Notes under the pieces: model-generated
What the model saw: only the letters and a program-made list of their open reading frames with translations
Told to the model about the DNA's origin: nothing
Database searches by the model: none
Shown here: positions 56,348 to 64,000 of the stretch, piece after piece
Numbering within the stretch: position 1 is the first letter of the stretch
Layout of the letters: each line of letters begins with the position of its first letter
Source: an uncultured delta proteobacterium
GTDB taxonomy: Bacteria; Myxococcota_A; Polyangia; Polyangiales; Polyangiaceae
DNA: 64,000 nucleotides
Direction: 5' to 3'
NCBI GenBank assembly: GCA_963716725.1
Contig: CAVQUB010000032.1
Coordinates: 32,001-96,000 of the forward strand
Program-made: the position numbers and the translations under genes

Positions 56348-57859
56348 TCACCGGGCGTCGCGGCCGAGGGCGTGGTCGAGCTTCACGCGCGCGATCCTGA
56401 TACCCACTCGGGCATTGATCACCTCGAGCCTCGAGCGCGACAAGTCGGCCTCCGCGTCGGTGAGCTCGACGCTGCTGGCGCGGCCGAGGCGGTACTGCTC
56501 GGCGCGGGCCCGGTAGGCCTCTTCTGCGGCGGCGGCGCCGCGTTGAGCGGTCCCGAGGCCCACCTGAGCCTCGCGCAGCGACTGGGATGCGTCGAAGATC
56601 TCGTTTCGGAGTGCGTCTCGGAGCTGATCGCGTTGCGCGTCGAGCTTCGCCCGTTGCGCCTCCAGGCCCGCCGCTGTGGCGCCTGCCGTGAGGAAGTCGT
56701 TGGGTGTCCAGGTCAGCTGAACCCCGACATCCCAAGTCGCCTTCCACTCGCTGGACTGCGGGACATAGCGTTGATTCGGGTTCGCATAGTAAGCGTTGCC
56801 AAAGGCATCGAGGCGGGGGAGCCCGACGCTCTTCACTGCTCGCCTCTGCTCGGCCAGGGAGAGGCCCGCCTTCTCGAGCGCGCGGAGCTCGAGCCGTTGC
56901 CGGAGAGACTCGGCGTAGAGCGACGCAAAGTCGAGCTTCTCGCTCTGCCTCGGCGATGATCCCATCAGGTCTTCGCCGATCTCGTAGCGAGCCGTGGCTG
57001 GATCTGCGAGCAGCGTGCGCAGCCGGTCTTCGGCGAGTGCGGTCAGGTTCGAAGTGCGCTCGACCAAGAGCTCAGCACCAGCGACCGCCGACTCCGCGCG
57101 CAGCACGTCGGCCTTCGCGGCGCGGTCGACCTCGAACAGGATCTTCGCAGCTTGATGATGGGACTTGGATTGGCTCAAGCTCTGCTTGGCCACCTCGTGG
57201 GAGAGCTTGGCTCGCGCCCAGCCGTAGTAGACCAGCTTGGCGTCGGTCGCCGCGTTCAGGCGCGCGGCGCGGTGCGTGAGCTCGGACGCGCCCTTGCCCA
57301 GGTTGGCAGCGGCTTGCGACTGGCTGATACGCAGGAAGTAGTCACTGACCGGCAGCAGCAGCGCGGCCTGGAGCGCGTACTGGTCTTGAATCACCGGAAA
57401 TGCCAGGGCGGACGAGGGAATGGCTATCAGCGGAGCACCCGGCGGCATGGCACCCGCCGGCGCCGGCGTTCCCACCAGCCTCACGTCGCCCGGGCCGAAG
57501 CCGCCGGAGTCGACCGGTGACAGGTGCGTGTAGCGGGCGGTCAACGTCAGCTTGGGGAACCACCCGGCGAAGGCTTTGTCGACTTCGGCGCTGGCAGCCG
57601 CGATCTCCGCCTGCTTCGCGCGCACGTCTTTGCTGTTCTTGACCGCCCGACGACCCACATCTTCGGAGGTCAGGCCACCGGGTCGCCCGCTGAGAGCGCG
57701 CAGCCGGACCGCGAGATCGTCGGCGGCCGGCGGCGGCACCTTCTCTTCGAGCGTCGGCGCCTTCTCCGGGGGCGCGGGCGGGGGATCTTGAGCGAGGGCC
57801 AGGCCGGTGGAGAGGCCGGACGTGGCGAGGATCATCAACGACAGGGAGTGTTTCATCAT
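56348..57859 (-). CDS. TolC family outer membrane efflux protein
   Basis: Signal peptide ALA-QD, FPKLTL, LPRLDAFG, W.VGVQLTW, YRLGRAS.VELTDAE. Confidence 0.88.
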   Translation of the reverse strand: MMKHSLSLMILATSGLSTGLALAQDPPPAPPEKAPTLEEKVPPPAADDLAVRLRALSGRPGGLTSEDVGRRAVKNSKDVRAKQAEIAAASAEVDKAFAGWFPKLTLTARYTHLSPVDSGGFGPGDVRLVGTPAPAGAMPPGAPLIAIPSSALAFPVIQDQYALQAALLLPVSDYFLRISQSQAAANLGKGASELTHRAARLNAATDAKLVYYGWARAKLSHEVAKQSLSQSKSHHQAAKILFEVDRAAKADVLRAESAVAGAELLVERTSNLTALAEDRLRTLLADPATARYEIGEDLMGSSPRQSEKLDFASLYAESLRQRLELRALEKAGLSLAEQRRAVKSVGLPRLDAFGNAYYANPNQRYVPQSSEWKATWDVGVQLTWTPNDFLTAGATAAGLEAQRAKLDAQRDQLRDALRNEIFDASQSLREAQVGLGTAQRGAAAAEEAYRARAEQYRLGRASSVELTDAEADLSRSRLEVINARVGIRIARVKLDHALGRDAR

Positions 57860-58482
57860 GACTTGTCCAGATTCAGGGTGGGGCGACCGATGCCGCGCAG
57901 CAGGACATCGACGAGTTGTTGTGCAAATGCCGGGCCTTCCGGCAGGCCCAGGAAGGCCATGTTTTCGGCGGCGATGCGCCGGATCATCTGCGGTGCGATC
58001 CCGAGCGCAAAGGTCGACATGACCATCACCGCCGGGTGAAATCTGGCGTCGAGCTGCCCGGATCCAAGGCCCTCGGCTACGGCCTCGAGCATCAGCCCGA
58101 GGTGACCGCGCTTGAAGCGTTCGATCAACCGTTCGAGGCGCGCAGACGAGGTGATGGACTCTCGAACGACCAGGCGCAAGACGTCGACCTCGTCGGCTTC
58201 GAACGCCGCGATCCGCGCGTAGAGCGCCGAGACGCGCGCCTCGAACGACTCTTCGCCCGCGATGGCTTCCTCGACCTGAGCGAGCACCTTGGCGTAGATC
58301 TCCTCGACCACCGCCAGGAACAGGTCGTCCTTGGTCGGGAAGTAGTAGTAGATCATGCCGATGTTCGTGCCGGCCTCGCGGGCGATCTTGCGCAGCGACG
58401 CGCCATCGACGCCGTCTTCGAGGAAGCGCCGGCGCGCGGCATGGATGATGCGGGGTTCGATGTCGCTCTTGGGTCGAGCCAT
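57856..58482 (-). CDS. TetR/AcrR family regulator
   Basis: MARP...IIHAARRRFLEDGVDGASLRKIAREAGTNIGMIYYYFPTKDDL. Confidence 0.92.
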   Translation of the reverse strand: MARPKSDIEPRIIHAARRRFLEDGVDGASLRKIAREAGTNIGMIYYYFPTKDDLFLAVVEEIYAKVLAQVEEAIAGEESFEARVSALYARIAAFEADEVDVLRLVVRESITSSARLERLIERFKRGHLGLMLEAVAEGLGSGQLDARFHPAVMVMSTFALGIAPQMIRRIAAENMAFLGLPEGPAFAQQLVDVLLRGIGRPTLNLDKS

Positions 58483-58484
58483 GG

Positions 58485-59615
58485 TTAGGCGAGCTTCTTG
58501 CTGAAACGCAGCGGAGGCGACGGTCACCAGGACCGCCAGGATGATGGCCATGGCGCCGAGATCCGCGGTGAGATCCCCGAACTTGGCGCCGCGCAGCGTG
58601 ATGCCGCGAACGATGCGCAGAAAGTGCGTCAGCGGCAGCGCCTGCGACAGCCACTGCGCGGGCACGGGCATGGCCTCGAAGGGGAACATGAAGCCCGAGA
58701 GCAGGATGTTCGGCAGCATGAAGAAGAACGACATCTGCATGGCCTGTTGTTGCGTCTTCGCCAGGGTCGAGAAGAACAGGCCGAGCGCGAGGTTGGCGGC
58801 GATGAACACGAATGCCAGCGCGTAGAGCATCGCCAGGGAGCCGACCAGGGGCACGTCGAAGACGACGCGACCAGCCAGCAAGATCAGCGTCATCTGCACG
58901 TAGCCGATGACGATGTACGGAACGATCTTGCCCACCACCAGCTCGATGTTCCTCACCGGCGACACGATCAGCTGCTCGAGCGTGCCGCGCTCGCGCTCGC
59001 GCGCGATGGCCATGGCCGTGAGCATCACCATGGTCATGGTCAGGATCACGCCGACCAGACCCGGCACGATGTAGATCGCCGTGCGCAGGTCGGGGTTGTA
59101 CCAGGTGTTCGGCTCGAGCTGGATGGGCGGCGAGCGGCGCGCCGGCGCCCTGCCCAGCGAGGCGCCGCACCATCAGCTGACTCGAGCGCGCGGCCACCAG
59201 CGACGCGGCGGTGTTCGTCGCGCTGGCGACGGTCTGCGGATCCGAGCCGTCGACGATGAGCTGCACCTGGGTCGGTTGGCCGCGGGTGAGATCGCTGGAG
59301 AATCGAGCCGGGATCACCAGCCCGACGCGGGCGCGGCCGGCGCGCAGCGCGTGCTCGATCTCGTCGTAGTCATTGGCTTCGCCCGACCAGATCGTAGAAG
59401 CCGGTGGACCGCAGGCTCTGAGCCAAATCCCGCGACGCAGCGCTACGATCTTGGTCGTAGACGACGGTCGGGATGTGGCGAACGTCGGTGTTGATGGCGT
59501 AGCCGAAGAGCAACAGCTGCATCACCGGCAGGATCAACATCATCGCCATCGTCAGGCGGTCCCGTCGGAGCTGCAGCAGCTCTTTTCGCGCGATCACCCA
59601 GGGGCGCAGATTCAT
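58485..59615 (-). pseudogene. ABC-2 type permease (YbhS/YbhR-like) broken by three +1 frameshifts (may be assembly errors)
   Basis: KELLQLRRD...FGYAINTDV, IVDGSDP, YNPDL, ARERERGTLEQL, LSGFMFP, LPLTHF occur in successive frames; shifts at about 59383, 59130-59160 and 58513. Confidence 0.8.
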
Positions 59616-60574
59616 GCCGCGCTCCGCGCATCGTGCTGTCGAGCTTCTGCGCGCACCATGCTGACGAAGGCGTCCTCCACCGAGACTCGCGCGAGGCGGG
59701 CCTTGGCGATGGGGAGTCGGGCGGCACCCAGGATCTCTTCGGCCAGCGCGATGGGATCCGTGCCGTTCTTGGTCGAGAGCCGCAAGAGGTGGCCGTAGTG
59801 GGCCACTTCGTCCACGGCAGGGTGCGCGCGCAGGGCGGACGCCGCGGCGCGGGTATTTTCCTGAATCTCGAGCTCGGCCACGCGTAGGTGCCGGCGCTCG
59901 ACCACTTCCTCGGGGGTGCCGGTGTCGAGCAGCTGTCCACTGAAGATGAACGCGAGGCGGTGACAGCGCTCGGCCTCGTCCATGTAGTGAGTCGTCAGGA
60001 GCACGGTGGTGCCCTCGTGGGAGATGCGGTGGATCTGCTCCCAGAACTCCCGCCGGCTGACCGGATCGACTCCCGCCGTCGGCTCGTCCAAGAACAGGAG
60101 CGGGGGCTGGTGGATGGTGGCGCTGGCGAGGGCCACGCGTTGCTTCCAACCGCCGGACAGCGTGCCCGAGAGTTGCTTGCGGCGTGCGGTGAGGCCGGTG
60201 GACTCGAGCACCTCACGGATGCGCTCTTTGCGTCGTTTGAGCGAGACCCCGTAGATGCCTGCGTAGAAGGTGAGGTTCTCTTCGACGCTCAGGTCTTCGT
60301 AGAGGCTGAAGCGCTGGGTCATGTACCCGATCCGCTCCTTGATGCGCTCTGCGTCCTTGCGGATGTCCAGGCCCACGACGCTGCCGTCGCCGCCCGTCGG
60401 GTTGAGGATGCCGCAGAGCATGCGGATGGTCGTGCTCTTGCCCGCGCCATTGGGTCCGAGCACCCCGAAGATCTCGCCACGCGCGACCTCGAGGTTTAGG
60501 TCTTTCACCGCGACGAGGGAGCCGAAGTGGCGCGAGAGGTTCCGCGTGCGGATGATGGGTTCGTCGGAATTCAT
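59612..60574 (-). CDS. ABC transporter ATP-binding protein
   Basis: GPNGAGKST, LSGGWKQR, FLDEPT, TTHYMDEAE. Confidence 0.95.
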   Translation of the reverse strand: MNSDEPIIRTRNLSRHFGSLVAVKDLNLEVARGEIFGVLGPNGAGKSTTIRMLCGILNPTGGDGSVVGLDIRKDAERIKERIGYMTQRFSLYEDLSVEENLTFYAGIYGVSLKRRKERIREVLESTGLTARRKQLSGTLSGGWKQRVALASATIHQPPLLFLDEPTAGVDPVSRREFWEQIHRISHEGTTVLLTTHYMDEAERCHRLAFIFSGQLLDTGTPEEVVERRHLRVAELEIQENTRAAASALRAHPAVDEVAHYGHLLRLSTKNGTDPIALAEEILGAARLPIAKARLARVSVEDAFVSMVRAEARQHDARSAA

Positions 60575-60588
60575 GGGCGTCCGCTCTC

Positions 60589-61548
60589 TCAGCGCTCGAT
60601 CTTGGCGAAGGCCGGCACGCCCGCGTGCAGACGGCGCTCCGGATCCTCGATCCGGAGCCTCACGCGGATGACCAGGTTCGGGCGCTCGCGTTCGCTGAAC
60701 AGGTAGCGGGGAGTGAACTCGGTCGTCCGGGAGATGTGCTCCACTTTGGCTGCAAACGAGGCCGAGCTGGCGTCGACGCGGACGGAAGCCAGGGAGCCGA
60801 TCTTGATGCCGTCGAGCTTGCCGATCGGGACGAAGACCTCGGCGATGGGGTGGCTCGTATCACCGACCGTGATCACCGGTGCACCGGGAGCGACGACTTC
60901 GCCCGGATCGACGTGAACGTCGAGCACCACGCCGTCTTTCGGGGCCTTGAGCAGGTAGCGGTCGACCCGCCCGTCCTGCACGCTCAGGGTCTTGTCCGCC
61001 GCCTCGGCGCGCGACGAAGCGCCGGCGATCTCCTGGGAACGCGCTCCGCGTTTCAGGCCCTTGAGCTGCTGCTCGAGCCCTTGGCGATCGGCGACGGTTG
61101 CGTCGAGCTTGGTCTCGAGCTCATCGACCATCGCGCGGGAGCTCACCCCGCGCTTTTCGAGCTCGCGCTCACGGGCGAGGTTCTTGGCGAGGAGCGCCTC
61201 GGTGGCGCGCACGGCGCGGATGCGAGCTTCGACCACCCGAAGCTCCTCCGGTCGAGCGCCGGCCTTGAGCAGCGCGACCTGCGCCTTGGCGGCGTCGACC
61301 TCGGCCGAGCGTGCTTCGCGGGCTGTCTTCTCCAGCGTGGAGTCGAGGGTCGCGAGGGTCCCGGCCCCCTTCACGATGTCGCCCCGGGCAACGTCCACAC
61401 GCTCCACCCGGCCCCCGACCTCGAAGCCGAGCACGCGCTCATCGAGCTCGACCACCCCTTGGTACGCCTCCTCCGGCTCCGCCGTTGCCGAGGCGCAGCC
61501 CGCGGCAAGGAGCGAAACGGCGGCGGCCCCCGCCCAGTTATTTATCAT
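60589..61548 (-). CDS. HlyD family secretion / membrane fusion lipoprotein
   Basis: Lipobox LAAGC, GFEVGGRV, LKAPKDGVV, EFTP, LHAGVP. Confidence 0.9.
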   Translation of the reverse strand: MINNWAGAAAVSLLAAGCASATAEPEEAYQGVVELDERVLGFEVGGRVERVDVARGDIVKGAGTLATLDSTLEKTAREARSAEVDAAKAQVALLKAGARPEELRVVEARIRAVRATEALLAKNLARERELEKRGVSSRAMVDELETKLDATVADRQGLEQQLKGLKRGARSQEIAGASSRAEAADKTLSVQDGRVDRYLLKAPKDGVVLDVHVDPGEVVAPGAPVITVGDTSHPIAEVFVPIGKLDGIKIGSLASVRVDASSASFAAKVEHISRTTEFTPRYLFSERERPNLVIRVRLRIEDPERRLHAGVPAFAKIER

Positions 61549-61583
61549 GCGACTGATAATAGTTTGGGGCATCGGATTGGCAA
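61542..61583 (-). promoter_or_regulatory. sigma70-type promoter TTGCCA-N16-TATTAT with overlapping palindrome TTATCA-N6-TGATAA
   Basis: -35 at 61583-61578, -10 at 61561-61556, palindrome 61542-61559; ATG 7 nt after the -10. Confidence 0.55.
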
Positions 61584-61629
61584 GGGGTTTCCTCTGGCGC
61601 CGGTGCCAGCAGCGCGGCGCTTGGGAGGC

Positions 61630-62277
61630 TCAGCGCTGGTGTTTTCTCGCGAGGAGCGCGCCGAACCCGGCCAGCAGCGCATCGAGGCCGAGCTCGAACT
61701 CCCGCTCGAGATCGTGGCCCGGCAGGAGCGCGGCAGCCTCCCGAACGCGCGGAAATTGCTCCGGGTTCAGCTGGCCGTAGGCGGGTCGGGAGGTTTCGCC
61801 CGGCGCGTTGGACGCGTAGCAGGCGAGGGTGTGGCCGACGACGTACGCGGCTGCGACCTGAAGCGCGCTCAGGGCTTGGCGGGTCGAGAAGCCCGCGCCG
61901 CGGAGTGAATCGAGCACGTGCTCGACGTGTGCGATCGAGGCCGGCGTCACCGCGGGCCGGGTCGCGAAGATCGGGAGCGCGTTGGGGTGGGCTCGAAGCA
62001 CGCATCGAAGCGCCCGAGCCCGGTCTCGGAGCGCGGCCTCCCAGGTCGCGGACCGCTTCGGAGCGGGCAACTCGGCCAGCACGGTTTCGAAGATGCCGTC
62101 GAGGATTGCGGCCTTGTTTGCCACGTGATTGTAGAGCGACATCGCCTCGACGCCCAGGGCTTCGCCGACGCGCCGCATCGAGATGGCGTCCAATCCTTCG
62201 CTGTCGACGATCGCCAGGGCGCTCCGCAAGATCCGCTCCCGGGACAACGCCTGGCGCTTCTTTGGGGACTTCTTCAC
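61630..62277 (-). CDS. TetR family regulator (TetR_C type)
   Basis: LSRERILRSAL.IVD.EGLDAISMRRVGEALGVEAMSLYNHVANK; FELGLDALL. Confidence 0.93.
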   Translation of the reverse strand: MKKSPKKRQALSRERILRSALAIVDSEGLDAISMRRVGEALGVEAMSLYNHVANKAAILDGIFETVLAELPAPKRSATWEAALRDRARALRCVLRAHPNALPIFATRPAVTPASIAHVEHVLDSLRGAGFSTRQALSALQVAAAYVVGHTLACYASNAPGETSRPAYGQLNPEQFPRVREAAALLPGHDLEREFELGLDALLAGFGALLARKHQR

Positions 62278-62286
62278 CGCGGGACC

Positions 62287-62321
62287 TTGACGGGCTTACG
62301 ACATAAACTTACACTGTAAGT
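62287..62321 (+). promoter_or_regulatory. sigma70-type promoter TTGACG-N17-TACACT with TetR-type operator ACTTACA-C-TGTAAGT
   Basis: -35 at 62287-62292, -10 at 62310-62315, perfect 7-bp inverted repeat at 62307-62321 in the 48-bp gap between divergent genes. Confidence 0.75.
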
Positions 62322-62325
62322 CAAG

Positions 62326-63198
62326 ATGTGGATCCGAGAACGTGAAGCAACCAGCGAGCTTCGGCATTTGCACCAGGGGCCGGCGCCCGACGCCGGTCGA
62401 CTGCGCGCTTGGGTCGAGCGCTTGGCCGTCCCGCGCCACGTCTTCGCCAACGCCCGCAGCAACCGCTGGGTTCGCGACGAGCTCGCGGCCGAGTTCGAGC
62501 GAAGCGGCCTGTGCGTGCGGCTGCAAGGCCGCTACCAGAACGTGGTGGCATTGCCGATGCGCCGCGCCGGCGAGCCGGTCACCTTGGTTGCGGCCCACTA
62601 CGACAGCGTGCCCGACTGCCCGGGTGCTGACGACAACGCGAGCGGGCTGGCAGTAATGCTCGAGTGCGCCCGCGTGCTGCGCGAGGCAGCCGCTCAGCCC
62701 ATTGGATTTGTCGCATTCAACGCCGAAGAGGACGGTCTGCTCGGCAGTCGGGAGTTTCTGAACGACGGTCTGGCGGAGCTGGGCGTGGAGGTGCGCCTGG
62801 CGCACGTGCTCGAGATGGTCGGATTTCGGTGTTCGACAGCCCAGCAACAGCTCCCGATCCCGTGGGCTCCGGCGAGCCTGAGGGTCCCCGACTTCATCGG
62901 CATGGTCAGTAACGGAGCCTCGAACGCCACCGTCGACCGCGCGGTGCGCTCGAGGGCCGGCCGCGGCCTGCGCCTGGTGGCGGCCAAGACCTGGGGGCCG
63001 CTCCACCGGGTCTTCCCAGATCTGACCCGCAGCGATCACTTCCCCTTCTGGAACGCTGGGCTTTCCGCCGTGCTCTGGACGGACACCGGGAATTTCCGGA
63101 ACCCGAACTATCACCGAGCGACCGACACGCCCGACACGCTCGACTACGGGTTCATGCGAGAGGTCGCGGAGCTCATTTGTGCGCTTGCGAGCGAATGA
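62326..63198 (+). CDS. M28 family metallopeptidase
   Basis: AHYDS, PGADDNASG, FNAEEDGL.GS, LEMVG, RSDHFPFW, NPNYH..TDT. Confidence 0.92.
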   Translation: MWIREREATSELRHLHQGPAPDAGRLRAWVERLAVPRHVFANARSNRWVRDELAAEFERSGLCVRLQGRYQNVVALPMRRAGEPVTLVAAHYDSVPDCPGADDNASGLAVMLECARVLREAAAQPIGFVAFNAEEDGLLGSREFLNDGLAELGVEVRLAHVLEMVGFRCSTAQQQLPIPWAPASLRVPDFIGMVSNGASNATVDRAVRSRAGRGLRLVAAKTWGPLHRVFPDLTRSDHFPFWNAGLSAVLWTDTGNFRNPNYHRATDTPDTLDYGFMREVAELICALASE

Positions 63199-63261
63199 CT
63201 CCCGCCGCGAGGCCGTGACGACTCGTGCTAGGATGGGCGCCGTGACCGACGACAGCGCCGA

Positions 63262-64000
63262 ATGAGCCACGACCACCTCGACCGTCGAAGCGTGATCGCC
63301 GCTGCGCTGGCAGCTGCCTGTTCGCCGCGAACGCCACGGGTGCGAGAAGCCGAACCGCCGGCGGAAGTAGACCTCTTCGCCCGGGTGGAGGCCGACCTCG
63401 GCGGACGCCTCGGCGTGTTTGCGTTGGACACCGGCAGTGGCCGACAGCTCGCGCGACGAGCCGACGAGCGATTTGCCATGTGCTCGACCTTCAAGTGGGC
63501 ATTGGCGGCGGCCGTGTTGGCGCGGGTCGACGAGGGCGAGCTGGCGCTCGATCGTCAGCTTGCCTTCGGCGAGGCCGATCTCTTGGAGTATGCGCCGATG
63601 ACGCGCGCGGCCGTGGCTCGCGGCCAGATGAGCGTCGAGGAGCTCGCAGCTGCGGCCGTGACCGTGAGCGACAACACCGCGGCCAATCTCCTGCTCCCGC
63701 TGGTGGGAGGCCCGCAGGGGCTGACGGCGTTCTTTCGGCAGCTCGGCGACCGCGTGACTCGGTTGGATCGCAACGAGCCGACCCTGAACACCAATCTCCC
63801 CCGCGACGCGCGCGACACCACGTCGCCCCGAGCGATGGTGAGCTCGCTGCGCGCAGTGATCAGTGGCGCGGGGCTGAAGCCTGCAAATCGCGAGCGCTTG
63901 CTTGGCTGGTTGCTGAGTTCCACCACAGGTCGCAACCGACTGCGCGCCGGACTGCCCCCGAGCTGGATCGCGGCTGACAAGACGGGGACCTGCAGCCGCG
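63262..64000 (+). CDS. bla: Class A serine beta-lactamase (Tat/lipoprotein-type leader), 3'-truncated by the window edge
   Basis: Own translation from ATG 63262: DRRSVI, LAAAC, GGRLGV, RFAMCSTFK, SDN, RLDRNEPTLN, DTTSP, DKTG. Confidence 0.92.
   Translation, partial: MSHDHLDRRSVIAAALAAACSPRTPRVREAEPPAEVDLFARVEADLGGRLGVFALDTGSGRQLARRADERFAMCSTFKWALAAAVLARVDEGELALDRQLAFGEADLLEYAPMTRAAVARGQMSVEELAAAAVTVSDNTAANLLLPLVGGPQGLTAFFRQLGDRVTRLDRNEPTLNTNLPRDARDTTSPRAMVSSLRAVISGAGLKPANRERLLGWLLSSTTGRNRLRAGLPPSWIAADKTGTCSR

Noticed and set aside
56348..59317. 989-aa permease-TolC and 403-aa permease-TetR fusion ORFs
   Set aside because: Products of the permease frameshifts and stop-poor GC-rich frames; TolC and TetR have their own starts
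1..64000. Mobile element, prophage or anti-phage defence island
   Set aside because: No integrase, transposase, phage structural gene, tRNA attachment site, recognisable defence gene or obvious compositional break was seen

Overview
High-GC (visually about 70%) bacterial chromosomal window with about 60 genes. The Cys-rich/vWA lipoproteins, TPR-PEGA-like protein and many sigma54 promoters suggest Myxococcota (inference). I saw no rRNA, tRNA, CRISPR array, transposase or phage gene. Left part: CHAD protein, isocitrate dehydrogenase-family enzyme, a sigma54-preceded comM-recA-ssb cassette, lipid/redox enzymes, an RND pump, and an apparently catalytically dead RecQ-like protein with a 27-copy histone-H1-like (K/T)(R/K)KPVA N-terminal tail. 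Centre (about 24.8-55.5 kb): a low-oxygen/fermentation neighbourhood with nifJ plus a DHOD-like gene, four USPs, three CBS proteins, a group 3b-type [NiFe]-hydrogenase operon and hypA/F/C/D/E (no hypB). It also has a globin-coupled histidine kinase whose two heme-pocket residues look swapped (B10 Tyr>His, F8 His>Tyr) and a response regulator with a degenerate AAA+ domain lacking GAFTGA. Five intergenic regions share a sigma54 -24/-12 promoter plus a pair of (G/C)CGCA-N5-TGCG-like sites 29-31 bp apart in helical phase, which suggests an undescribed regulon. Right part: PLP enzyme plus two tandem unknown paralogs, a CBS/GIY-YIG-like fusion, an HlyD-ABC-TetR-TolC exporter (permease with three 1-bp frameshifts), TetR, M28 peptidase and a class A beta-lactamase cut by the window edge. 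All family calls are from motif recognition by eye, not database searches.
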